A stretch of 64,000 bases of DNA from Rhodothermales bacterium. GTDB taxonomy: Bacteria > Bacteroidota > Rhodothermia > Rhodothermales > DATKEJ01. Made by a program: the position numbers and the translations under genes. The notes under the pieces are model-generated. The model saw only the letters and a program-made list of their open reading frames with translations, did no database searches and was not told the origin of the DNA. The stretch covers positions 1,266,734 through 1,330,733 of the forward strand of contig CBDFNN010000004.1 of NCBI GenBank assembly GCA_965250215.1, in the 5' to 3' direction. Shown here in pieces: positions 35,948-45,598 of this stretch (position 1 is the first letter of the stretch; each line of letters opens with the position of its first letter).

Positions 35948-37663
35948 ATGGAGTCATTCAACATCAAGCAAGAAGAGCAATATGATGCAATTGTGGTCGG
36001 ATCAGGTATCTCCGGTGGTTGGGCCGCTAAGGAACTGACTGAAAAAGGCCTAAAGGTTTTATTGGTTGAGAGAGGGAGGATGGTAGAGCACGGAAAAGAC
36101 TACGTTAATGAGCACAAAGCCGCATGGGACCTTCCATTCAAAGGCTTAGGAGATCGGAAAAAGTATCGAGAAGAGCATGCCGAGCAAAGCAAATGCTACG
36201 CCTTTACAGAATGGTCTGAGCCCTTCTGGGTGAACGACAAAGAAAATGCTTATGACGTGGATGAAGGTAGTCGATTTGCTTGGATAAGAGGCTATCATCT
36301 TGGTGGCAGGTCACTCATGTGGGGCCGACAGTGCTATAGATGGAGCGATCTAGATTTCGGAGCCAACGCCAAAGATGGGTTCGGGACGGATTGGCCAATT
36401 CGATACAAAGACATTGAGCCCTGGTATTCACATGTAGAAAAATTCGCAGGAATATCCGGTCAGGCAGAGGGAATGCCACAATTGCCTGATGGTCATTTTC
36501 AAAAGCCGATGATGATGACTGCAGCGGAGACATTTGTAAAAGGAGGAATCGAGTCGGCCTATCCAGACAGAAAAATGACTATTGGACGAGTCGCCGTCTT
36601 AACGGAAGATGTGCCAGGACGGGCTGCCTGTCACTACTGCGGACCATGTCAAAACGGATGCAGCACGGGTTCTTACTTCAGTAGCCAAAGCTCCACCTTA
36701 CCTGCCGCTATGGCAACAGGTAATCTCACGATTCAGACGGACGCCATCGTCGAGAGCGTTTTATATGACGAAGAATCAGACCGTGCCAAAGGGATTCGAT
36801 ATATAGATGCCAATACCAAGGAGAGCCGGGAAGTAACTGCCAAACTTGTATTCTTATGTGCATCGACGCTTGGAAGTACTCAAATCATGCTCAACTCAAA
36901 ATCGAATCGATTTCCAAACGGGATCGCAAATTCGAGCGGCGCATTGGGACACTACTTAATGGATCATCCTTATCAATCAGGAGCTAACGGAGAAGTCCCA
37001 GGATTGACGGATAAATACACCTATGGAAACAGGCCCAATGGTATTTACCTGATGCGATTTAGAAATCTTCTAAATGGACCACAGGAGAAAGACTTTCTGA
37101 GAGGCTATGGCTATCAAGGCGGTGCATCTAGATCTGGATGGGGGAGAGGCGCCAGCGAACTAGGAGTTGGTGCAGATTTTAAAAACTCCCTAAGAACCCC
37201 GGCGCCTTGGAGAATGGGCATCGGCGCGTGGGGAGAAATGATTCCTAATTATGACAACTACGCCTATCTCGACGATAGCAAAGTTGATAAATGGGGCATC
37301 CCGATTCTTCGTATCAAATGTGAGTGGGGGGACAACGAAAAGACTATGATGCTCGACGCCATGAATCAGGCCGCAGAGATGCTCGAAGCAGCGGGGTGCA
37401 AAAATGTCACTACCTACAACGGAAATCCGAAACCTGGTTTCTGCATCCATGAAATGGGAACGGCAAGAATGGGGAAGGATCCAAAAACATCAGTTCTTAA
37501 TGGATGGAATCAAACGCATGACGTCCCAAATCTCTTTGTGACAGACGGTTCTGCCATGGCATCCACCGCTTGTCAAAACCCCTCGATCACTTACATGGCG
37601 TTGACGGCGCGTGCTTGTGACTTTGCTGTCAATGAGGTGAACAAAGGAAATTTGAAGGTCTAG
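35948..37663 (+). CDS. GMC-family FAD-dependent oxidoreductase, paralogue 2
   Basis: 571 aa. Collinear with 33248..34954 and roughly 75-80% identical by eye. Same FAD and CHYCGPCQNGC motifs. No signal peptide. Confidence 0.9.
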   Translation: MESFNIKQEEQYDAIVVGSGISGGWAAKELTEKGLKVLLVERGRMVEHGKDYVNEHKAAWDLPFKGLGDRKKYREEHAEQSKCYAFTEWSEPFWVNDKENAYDVDEGSRFAWIRGYHLGGRSLMWGRQCYRWSDLDFGANAKDGFGTDWPIRYKDIEPWYSHVEKFAGISGQAEGMPQLPDGHFQKPMMMTAAETFVKGGIESAYPDRKMTIGRVAVLTEDVPGRAACHYCGPCQNGCSTGSYFSSQSSTLPAAMATGNLTIQTDAIVESVLYDEESDRAKGIRYIDANTKESREVTAKLVFLCASTLGSTQIMLNSKSNRFPNGIANSSGALGHYLMDHPYQSGANGEVPGLTDKYTYGNRPNGIYLMRFRNLLNGPQEKDFLRGYGYQGGASRSGWGRGASELGVGADFKNSLRTPAPWRMGIGAWGEMIPNYDNYAYLDDSKVDKWGIPILRIKCEWGDNEKTMMLDAMNQAAEMLEAAGCKNVTTYNGNPKPGFCIHEMGTARMGKDPKTSVLNGWNQTHDVPNLFVTDGSAMASTACQNPSITYMALTARACDFAVNEVNKGNLKV

Positions 37664-37890
37664 TCGTCCGTCTGTTTTACTTCTTAGAAAAAGTAATTTC
37701 TCATTAATTACTCCGATTCGTCTTGCCTTGCGGTCCGAGTTGGCTGTCTTCCAGTATATTTCGTCGTTTTGATCCTTTCGCCTTATAAAAACACCATTTA
37801 GGGTAGACGAAACATTTGATAGCTTTAGATAGTTTTACTAAGAATTGGAGTCGATTTTACAATCTCGAAAAGACGCACGTTTCCAGCGAA

Positions 37891-38070
37891 ATGAACTACG
37901 AACTTTCCTCTCCCGCGACAAACAAGCGAGCAGAAAATGAGCTTGATAATCAGCGCTCTGCGGACTTGCTCAAGAAGTTTGGAAAATACGGATTTCTGTT
38001 TTTCCTTTTAAAAGGCCTACTTTGGCTTGTGGTCGCATCCGCGGCCTATTTTGGAATTACAAATTTCTAA
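37891..38070 (+). CDS. Possible small tail-anchored membrane protein (59 aa)
   Basis: ATG 37891 gives MNYELSSPATNKRAENELDNQRSADLLKKFGKYGFLFFLLKGLLWLVVASAAYFGITNF, a polar N-terminus plus one C-terminal TM helix. It ends 9 nt before the next gene. I recognise no homology. Confidence 0.35.
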   Translation: MNYELSSPATNKRAENELDNQRSADLLKKFGKYGFLFFLLKGLLWLVVASAAYFGITNF

Positions 38071-38079
38071 GCCAAACAC

Positions 38080-38943
38080 ATGGAACGCAGAAACTTTCTT
38101 AAGAAAGGGATAGGTGCAGGAGCCGCTACAATTATTGCACAGAGCGCCGTCGCCAAAGAGTTTGAGACCGTTGAAAAGCCTGATTTGAAAGGCAATATCA
38201 ATCATTCGGTTTGCAAATGGTGCTATGACAGCATGTCTGTCGAAGAATTGGCGATTGCTTCGAATGCTATGGGAATCAAATCCATGGAGATCGTTTATCC
38301 GGACGCCTTCCCAATTCTTAAGAAATACAACTTGTCCTGTGCCATGACCAGGTCGCCTCAGTCTATCAACAAAGGCTGGAATAGACTTGAGCATCATGAC
38401 GAATTCGTTCCGGGGTTTATAGAGGCAATTGACCAGGTTTCGGCTGCAGGATTCAAAAATCTTATTGTTTTCTCTGGGATTCGCGATGGAATGGACGACG
38501 AGGAGGGACTCGAAAACTGCGTTACCGGCCTTAAGCGCATCATGTCACATGCCGAAGCAAAAAATGTCGACATCGTGATGGAGCTTTTGAATTCGAAGGT
38601 CGATCACAAAGATTACATGTGTGACTTTACACCCTGGGGGGTCAAGCTAGTCAACGCTATGGGATCTGATAACTTTGGATTGCTCTATGATATCTATCAT
38701 ATGCAAATCATGGAGGGTGACGTTATTCGGACTATCCAGGATAATCACCAGTATTTCAAGCACTATCACACCGGTGGCAATCCAGGCCGCAACGAAATCG
38801 ATGAGACTCAGGAGCTCAACTATCCAGCCATCATGAGGGCGATTTTAGAAACGGGATACACAGGTTTTGTAGGTCAGGAATTTATCCCAACCAGACCACC
38901 ACTCACCTCACTAGGTCAGGCGATATCTCTCTGTGACGTCTAG
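38080..38943 (+). CDS. Tat-exported xylose-isomerase-like TIM-barrel protein (hydroxypyruvate-isomerase-like / sugar phosphate isomerase-epimerase family)
   Basis: 287 aa. Tat signal MERRNFLKKGIGAGAATIIAQSAVA. Family-typical NHSVCKWCY, VMELLNSKVDHKDY and LYDIYHMQIMEGD. Confidence 0.85.
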   Translation: MERRNFLKKGIGAGAATIIAQSAVAKEFETVEKPDLKGNINHSVCKWCYDSMSVEELAIASNAMGIKSMEIVYPDAFPILKKYNLSCAMTRSPQSINKGWNRLEHHDEFVPGFIEAIDQVSAAGFKNLIVFSGIRDGMDDEEGLENCVTGLKRIMSHAEAKNVDIVMELLNSKVDHKDYMCDFTPWGVKLVNAMGSDNFGLLYDIYHMQIMEGDVIRTIQDNHQYFKHYHTGGNPGRNEIDETQELNYPAIMRAILETGYTGFVGQEFIPTRPPLTSLGQAISLCDV

Positions 38944-38960
38944 AAGAGAGTAGTTATTGA

Positions 38961-39395
38961 CTACTCGACGATCATCGTTCCCTGCATCAGGGCATAGTGA
39001 CCGGGGAAAGTGCAGATATAGCGATATTTGCCTGGAGCAGGTGCTACAAATGTCACAGACTGGACTTCACCCGGACCAGCCATAGCTGTGTAAGCTAAGA
39101 TCTCGTCACTCTCAGGGATATATCCCTTGTCGGCCGCCATGACAGCAGCGGATCCGACCTGAGTTACAGCCAAATCAGACATAGACGTCAGGATGACAAT
39201 ATTGTGCTGCATAGCTGGACTCGTGGCAGTGTTCTTCATCGTTAGAGTCACTTCCTGGCCAGATTTGACCGTAAAGGACTTGGTCGCAAATTCCATCGTT
39301 TCGCCAACAGGATAAATCTCGATCGAAGTGGCAGACGGGCCACAAGACGTGAAAATGAGTGCTAAAATTGCTAAGATTGGGAGCCTTTTGAACAT
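38961..39395 (-). CDS. Type-1 copper (azurin/plastocyanin-family cupredoxin) lipoprotein
   Basis: 144 aa. Lipobox IFTSCGPS. Copper-ligand pattern MQHNIV ... YICTFPGHYALMQG (H, C, H, M). Confidence 0.8.
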   Translation of the reverse strand: MFKRLPILAILALIFTSCGPSATSIEIYPVGETMEFATKSFTVKSGQEVTLTMKNTATSPAMQHNIVILTSMSDLAVTQVGSAAVMAADKGYIPESDEILAYTAMAGPGEVQSVTFVAPAPGKYRYICTFPGHYALMQGTMIVE

Positions 39396-39753
39396 AATAT
39401 AAAGGTTGATTCAAGTACGTTTTTTATGGGAGTATCGGAAGATCAGATTCCAAGAAAGTATGATTTCTAAACAAGCATAATGATCCATATTCTCATGTAA
39501 TTGTTCGTTCTTACATGAAGGCAAAGTCTCATCTCCTTGAAACTGATGAGACTAGTGAGTGCCTCGTACGAGATTGCACCTAAAGGCAGTGGCCTAATTT
39601 GTTGTTAATCATTTATATAGTATTTTCAAGTGAAGCGATGGGGGAATCGAAATTTAGCAGCCTAAGTGTAGTATATACTCTTGAAGCGAGTTCTACATTA
39701 CCTCCTCCACCACGACTAATCCGACACATTTCAACGGCAGGGGCCATTCCTAT

Positions 39754-42345
39754 ATGAAATTTCTACAAGGTCTATACATTGTAGCTACACTCATCTTTTG
39801 TGTGACACTACCAAGCCAGATTCAGGCGCAGACCGATATCTCAGGTTCATGGTCAAATATTACTGCCTACGGAACGGGACAAAACGATGTCTACTGTCAA
39901 GGGCTCTACAATAATGATCAAGAAATTCGCTACGGTGCGGACAACTACAACAGTGGTTACTGGGATTCAATGTGTTACTACACAAATAAGCCTTCTGGTC
40001 AGAGTGGGCTTGGATTCTTCGGTACTCAAGGGCTGACTTTTAGCTGCCAAGATGAGTCTCAGGCAAAAGTGCTCTATAACTTGGGCGAGTTCAAGCACTT
40101 CAACGAATCTGTCTATATCAGGAATTTTGGCCATCCGGTTTTTGACGAAAGTCTTGGTGGAGGTCAACTAAGCATTTCGCTTTCCGGCGATCTAAGCGCA
40201 ACATACTCTTTCGATGTGGATTTCGAAGAGACACCAAATGATCCTAATGGTTATCCTCAAGGAAATTACCAAACCCTTGGTTGCCCATACGGCACATTCA
40301 ATAACAAATGTAACGACAGAGTCAGCATCGAGAACGTTGTTGATCCGGGCAACGCGGTCATTATCAATGGCCAACAATGCCAGATCGTTATAGAAGGCTT
40401 CGGTGACTGCGCAACATCTGTAGAGCAGGATCCAGTGGAGTTCGTCACAACGGAGGGAAGTATCAACTCCAGCTGTGTTTGGGCCAGCATGTCTCCTCCT
40501 CCTGCCGTTTATGGCGCAATAGGAGATTACGTGTGGGGTGACGTAGACGCTGACGGTATTCAGGACGACGAAGAGAGTGGCCTTGATAATATTAGAGTGG
40601 AGGTCTATGAGTCTGTTGACAACGCTCCTTTTGTGTACAGGGAGTTCACGACCACCAATGCCGCTGGATATTACGATTTTGCAAATCTAGAGTCTGAGCG
40701 TGCCTATAAAATATACATCGATCCAGGTACTCTCGCTCCTGGTGAGATCACTGCAAGGAAGCAAGGAAATAAGCGAAGCAAAGACAGCAATGCCTATGCA
40801 AGTGGCTTCACGAACAAAGTGACTATTCAGCCAAATCAGTTTAAAACCAACATCGATATTGGTATCGTTCCCAACGCACAAGTTGGCTCCTTGCAAGGAT
40901 TAGCATGGATTGACCGAAGTGGCGACGGAACTTTAGAGAGTCCCGCTGAGCAAGCCGCTCCGGTTGCCGGCGCAACAATTAGTCTTTTTGAAGATCACAA
41001 TGGCGATGGAATTGGTGACGGTGCCTCGGTTCAAACGGCAATTACATCGGGTGACGGAGAATACTCTTTCCCTGGCTTGAATCCGTCGATAAATTATGTT
41101 GTTGGTATTTCAAACATACCCAACACATTACCCGGAACAGTCGCGGCCTGGAATGCTGGATCGGATGATACCATCGATAGTGATTTCGACCCGGCTACAT
41201 TAACAACCGGATCTCTTAATATTGAGCCAGAAGCCATACTCGATAATGTAGACGTTGGAGTCAATGCGGGTGGGATTGTCATCATTATCCATGACGGTGG
41301 AGAACTTCCAGGTGGATACGATCCAAATGGCGAAGAGCCTGAGCATGCTACGAACGACTATCTCTTTATTGGTGCGGCCATTGGCGGTAATGTAAACGCA
41401 AGTGAGAAGACGAAGAGCTTTGATAGAAGTGAACTTTCTCGAGTAGCTCTGGACGATGGTATCGAAGGTCCTAGCTTTGCTCCTGATGAGCCAGTTATGG
41501 GCTTTGATTTCAATGTCACGATTACTTCAAACGCATGGGCAATGTTAAGCTGCTTTGTTGACTATGACATCAATGGTGTCTTTGAGGAGGATGAAAGAAC
41601 CGATGTTGCAATTATGGGAAGCAATGTCTACAGAGTGCCAATGGAATCAACAGAGGATGTTTCTGCAGGATCAACCTTCGGTCGCTGCCGATTGGCATAC
41701 GACAGTAGCGAAGTTGAATCACCAGGTGGACCAGCCAGTTCTGGTGAAGTCGAGGACTTCCCTTTCCAAATTGGAGCGAATCTTCCGGTTGAACTTCTCT
41801 CATTCGAAGGCGAGCTTGTCCAAGGACAAATTGTTCTTAATTGGGCAACTGGTTCTGAGGAGAACAACGCGGGATTCTACGTGGAGCGATCCATTAATGG
41901 TCTCGGATTCCAGAGAGTAGGATTCGTTGAAGGAAACGGAACGGTCAATACAGAATCAACTTATTCGATTGCACTATCAGAGTTGGATCCCGGTGTTCAC
42001 ACCTATCGATTGAAGCAGGTTGATCATGATGGTCGATTCGAGTATTCCCGAAGCATAGAGGTAAGCGTGGATCTTCCAACGAACCTTCATCTGTCGGATG
42101 CTTATCCAAACCCATTCAATCCACAGTCGACTATAAGATTCACTGTTAAGAATGAAACGGAAGTAACCATTGGACTATACGACCTATCTGGAAGACTTCG
42201 AGCTACTTTATTCGAAGGCATTCAAGAGGCTGGAACAAGCCGCGAAATTCAGATCGACGGAAGCGACTTGAGTAGTGGTACATACTTCGTTCAGTTGAGC
42301 TCACCGCTCGACGTAGTTCAGAAGACAATCACCATCGCAAAATAA
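39754..42345 (+). CDS. Large T9SS cargo protein, tandem paralogue 1: Cys-rich N-domain, SdrD-B/Cna-B-like repeats, GEVED-like motif, pre-CTD module, T9SS CTD
   Basis: 863 aa with a signal peptide. Eight Cys in the first ~240 aa are conserved with paralogue 2. GDYVWGDVDADGIQDDEE repeats, SGEVEDFPF, LPVELLSFEGELVQGQIVLNWATGSEENNAGF, AYPNPFNPQSTIRF...GTYFVQL. Confidence 0.85.
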   Translation: MKFLQGLYIVATLIFCVTLPSQIQAQTDISGSWSNITAYGTGQNDVYCQGLYNNDQEIRYGADNYNSGYWDSMCYYTNKPSGQSGLGFFGTQGLTFSCQDESQAKVLYNLGEFKHFNESVYIRNFGHPVFDESLGGGQLSISLSGDLSATYSFDVDFEETPNDPNGYPQGNYQTLGCPYGTFNNKCNDRVSIENVVDPGNAVIINGQQCQIVIEGFGDCATSVEQDPVEFVTTEGSINSSCVWASMSPPPAVYGAIGDYVWGDVDADGIQDDEESGLDNIRVEVYESVDNAPFVYREFTTTNAAGYYDFANLESERAYKIYIDPGTLAPGEITARKQGNKRSKDSNAYASGFTNKVTIQPNQFKTNIDIGIVPNAQVGSLQGLAWIDRSGDGTLESPAEQAAPVAGATISLFEDHNGDGIGDGASVQTAITSGDGEYSFPGLNPSINYVVGISNIPNTLPGTVAAWNAGSDDTIDSDFDPATLTTGSLNIEPEAILDNVDVGVNAGGIVIIIHDGGELPGGYDPNGEEPEHATNDYLFIGAAIGGNVNASEKTKSFDRSELSRVALDDGIEGPSFAPDEPVMGFDFNVTITSNAWAMLSCFVDYDINGVFEEDERTDVAIMGSNVYRVPMESTEDVSAGSTFGRCRLAYDSSEVESPGGPASSGEVEDFPFQIGANLPVELLSFEGELVQGQIVLNWATGSEENNAGFYVERSINGLGFQRVGFVEGNGTVNTESTYSIALSELDPGVHTYRLKQVDHDGRFEYSRSIEVSVDLPTNLHLSDAYPNPFNPQSTIRFTVKNETEVTIGLYDLSGRLRATLFEGIQEAGTSREIQIDGSDLSSGTYFVQLSSPLDVVQKTITIAK

Positions 42346-42395
42346 GGAATGGCCAATCTGGCCGGTCTAGCTAAGAAAGATTCGAAATCTTTGTC

Positions 42396-42430
42396 GAGGG
42401 TTGTCTCAGAAATGAGGCGACCCTCTTTTT
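42396..42430 (+). terminator. Rho-independent terminator after paralogue 1
   Basis: Stem GAGGGT (42396-42401) with ACCCTC (42420-42425), followed by TTTTT (42426-42430). It is preceded by a second small hairpin, AAAGATT-CGA-AATCTTT (42376-42392). Confidence 0.65.
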
Positions 42431-42705
42431 GTGGCACGTCTGTTTGATCTGACATTGGAGGCTGTCAAAATGACGACATTCTAATCTTGGATCGATTTTG
42501 ACACTTTCCTGACTTACTTAAGTGCCTTCATTGTCCCAGTGAGCTTTTACTCCGAAGAGCCAGAATGGCCAGACGAGGCAGATAAGCCCCATGTGAGCTA
42601 GCTAGGAGATAAAATGTTCGTATTAGTTAAAGGCAGTAAATTCCTTCATAGGAATGTATTCTCCTGCAATAATTTAATCATCATTTACTGCCCAGCTAGA
42701 GCAAA

Positions 42706-45294
42706 ATGAATATGAAATCTCACCTATATCTACTTCTTCTCCTGAGCTTTTCCCTCGCAACACCGCTTAGTGCTCAAATCGATGTCAGCGGAAGCTGGTC
42801 TAATATCGAAGCATACGGAAGCGGAGTTAGCAGTCCTTATTGTTCTGGCATTTTCAATGCCTCTCAAGAAATCAGATATGGTGCAAGCTACTACGACAAT
42901 GGCTACTGGGATTCGATGTGTTACTGGACTAACAAACCAGGCGGACAGAGTGGTCTTGGTTTCTATGGTAACTCGAATATCAATTTCGCCTGTCAGACAC
43001 CAGGTCAGACCAAAGAGCTATACAATCTCGGCACTTTTACTCACTACAATCAGCCGATTTACGTGCCCTATTCTACAGATGGCGTCAATAGTGAGAGTCT
43101 TTCTGGAGGATTACTAACGGTTTCACTCACTGGCGAATCTGATTCGGATTTCGATTTCTTTGTTGACTTTGAAGAGACGCCGAATAATCCGAATAACTAT
43201 CCGGTTGCGCGATGGGATACCTCGACATGTCCTTATGGAGAGAACAACGGATCATGCAACGACAGAATTAGTGTCGAAGACAGAATTGATCCAGGCAATG
43301 AGATTATTATTGATGGAGAGAGCTGCCAAGTCGTTCTCGAAGGCTTCGGCGACTGTAGTACAGGCGTTTCTTCGGACGTGGTAGAGTTTATCACAACGGA
43401 AGGTAGCACAAACTCAGCATGCCTCTGGGCAAGCATGACTACTCCCGAAGATCTGAATGGGACGGTTGGAGACTTCGTTTGGTCTGATTTGAACGCAGAC
43501 GGAATCCAGACGCCTAGTGAGCCCGGTATCACTGGCATCGTTTTGGACTTGTACGTGTCTGTTGACAATCAGTCGTACTCGTTTGCAGAGACCACGACAA
43601 CCGGCAGCAATGGGAAGTATTCCTTCGACAGTATCAATCCCGATCTCTGGTATAAGGTTTTTATAGATCCCGCCAATATTCCAAACGGCGGCGCAATCAC
43701 AGCCCGTAAGCAGGGAAGCAAATCTGGAAAAGACAGCAATGCCTATCAAACTGGGTTTACAAATAGGTTTTCGGTCAATGAAAGTAAATTCAAGAAATCA
43801 ATAGATATAGGTATCGTACCAATCTCCGTGATGGTCAGTCTAAGTGGACAAGCATGGATCGATCGTAGCGGAGATGGTACATTGGAGAGCGCCGCAGAGC
43901 AAGCCGCACCAGTTGACGGCGCCACCGTGAAACTATACAAGGACGAGAATGGCGATGGGGTAAAAGACGGTGGTGCACTTCAGACCACAACAACTCAAGG
44001 CGGTGGTCTGTACGACTTCTCCGGTCTAAATCCCTCTTTGAACTATGTCGTTGAGTTGACTGACATTCCTTCCGCGCTGCCAGGATTCGTAGCTTTAAAT
44101 GCGGGAAGCAATGATGCTATAGACAGCGATTTCGACCCCGCAACGGGATTTACAGCATCAATTAATCCTGAGCCATCAATTCCCGTTGTTGATGTCGATG
44201 CGGGACTTAACGCTGGTGGAATCGTCATCGTGATTTATGACAATGGTGATGCCCCTACCGTATACGACATAGGTGGCGAACCAGGCCATGTCCAGAACGA
44301 TCAATTGTTCATCGGAAGCATTTTGGGTGATGGGGTCAACAGCCCGGATAAATTCAGTCCTCGTTTCGATATGGCCACTCTTTCAGCAGTCGTGCCTTTA
44401 GACGATGGAATAAGTGGGCCTGCTGCTATTCCAGGCGGATCAGTAAGAGGATTTTCACTGGATGTCACAATCGTCTCGAATGCATGGGCTTCATTGTCCT
44501 GCTGGGTCGACTATGATCAGAACAATGCATTCGACGACGACGAAAAGCGAGATATTCTAATCACTGGCGCCAATGTCTATTCTGTGCCGATGATTACAAC
44601 AGAAGACATCGTCTTGGGTGACACCTATGCAAGATGCAGATTGGCCTATGATTCGAGTGAAACCACGGCACCTGGAGGGCTTGCGAGCTCCGGTGAGGTC
44701 GAGGACTTTCCAGTCTTCATAGGAGAAGACCTTCCTGTTGAATTATCATATTTTGAAGCAGATGCTCGAGATGGTCGCGTCGTTTTAAGCTGGGCAACGG
44801 CATCTGAGAGCAACAATGCCGGATTCTCAGTCCAGCATTCCACGAATGGCCGCGACTTTGACGAAATCGAATTTATTGAAGGAAATGGAACGACAAATAC
44901 AGAATCGAACTATTCGTCGAGCATTGACGGTCTAGATTCCGGAATTCACCTTTTCCGACTGAAGCAAGTCGACCACGATGGTCGCTTTGAATATTCGAGG
45001 ACGATAGAAGTAGAAATGGAAATACCTTCTCAAGTCCACTTGTCTAATGCCTATCCTAATCCATTCAATCCATCTACCACAATCCAATTCTCAGTCCATG
45101 AACGAAGCAATGTTGAGATCGGAATCTATGATTTAACGGGTCGGCTCAGACAGACTATCTTTAGTGGCATCCAAGAAGCTGGAACCGCAAGAGAGATCGC
45201 TATAGATGCATCAAAGCTCAGCAGCGGCACTTATTTGGTTCGTCTGAATGCTGAAGGTATTATTGCTCAAAAATCGATAACTCTGGCCAAATAA
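42706..45294 (+). CDS. Large T9SS cargo protein, tandem paralogue 2
   Basis: 862 aa. Collinear with 39754..42345 (about 60% identical by eye, about 70% in the first 60 mature residues). Same domain order and CTD (AYPNPFNPSTTIQF...GTYLVRL). Confidence 0.85.
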   Translation: MNMKSHLYLLLLLSFSLATPLSAQIDVSGSWSNIEAYGSGVSSPYCSGIFNASQEIRYGASYYDNGYWDSMCYWTNKPGGQSGLGFYGNSNINFACQTPGQTKELYNLGTFTHYNQPIYVPYSTDGVNSESLSGGLLTVSLTGESDSDFDFFVDFEETPNNPNNYPVARWDTSTCPYGENNGSCNDRISVEDRIDPGNEIIIDGESCQVVLEGFGDCSTGVSSDVVEFITTEGSTNSACLWASMTTPEDLNGTVGDFVWSDLNADGIQTPSEPGITGIVLDLYVSVDNQSYSFAETTTTGSNGKYSFDSINPDLWYKVFIDPANIPNGGAITARKQGSKSGKDSNAYQTGFTNRFSVNESKFKKSIDIGIVPISVMVSLSGQAWIDRSGDGTLESAAEQAAPVDGATVKLYKDENGDGVKDGGALQTTTTQGGGLYDFSGLNPSLNYVVELTDIPSALPGFVALNAGSNDAIDSDFDPATGFTASINPEPSIPVVDVDAGLNAGGIVIVIYDNGDAPTVYDIGGEPGHVQNDQLFIGSILGDGVNSPDKFSPRFDMATLSAVVPLDDGISGPAAIPGGSVRGFSLDVTIVSNAWASLSCWVDYDQNNAFDDDEKRDILITGANVYSVPMITTEDIVLGDTYARCRLAYDSSETTAPGGLASSGEVEDFPVFIGEDLPVELSYFEADARDGRVVLSWATASESNNAGFSVQHSTNGRDFDEIEFIEGNGTTNTESNYSSSIDGLDSGIHLFRLKQVDHDGRFEYSRTIEVEMEIPSQVHLSNAYPNPFNPSTTIQFSVHERSNVEIGIYDLTGRLRQTIFSGIQEAGTAREIAIDASKLSSGTYLVRLNAEGIIAQKSITLAK

Positions 45295-45319
45295 TCTGTT
45301 GTCATCAGAACACCTCACT

Positions 45320-45367
45320 CTGAAAATCTGATAATCTGATAATCTGAAGTTCTGAAAATCTGAATCG
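45320..45367 (+). repeat. Degenerate octamer array CTGAAAAT CTGATAAT CTGATAAT CTGAAGTT CTGAAAAT CTGAATCG
   Basis: Six CTGA-phased units between the stop (45292-45294) and the terminator. Confidence 0.9.
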
Positions 45368-45379
45368 CCTCGCTTGTCT

Positions 45380-45414
45380 GAAGGCCGTCCTAGTTAAGGC
45401 GGCCTTCTTTTTTT
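45380..45414 (+). terminator. Rho-independent terminator after paralogue 2
   Basis: Stem GAAGGCCG (45380-45387) with CGGCCTTC (45400-45407), followed by TTTTTTT (45408-45414). Confidence 0.8.
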
Positions 45415-45598
45415 GTGGCAAAAACTTCGTTCAGCTGAGGAAATCTTGATCGCAAGCTACTGTCCGGTTGAGGTCTGAAATGTCCGTTCCACGCTTTTTT
45501 GGTGTAAACACCCGGTCCTGATCAATGATATCCCATCATGGGCTTCGGTTTTCGGTCGGTTATTTCTACTTTAAGACATCAACTAAACACCTCCCGCT

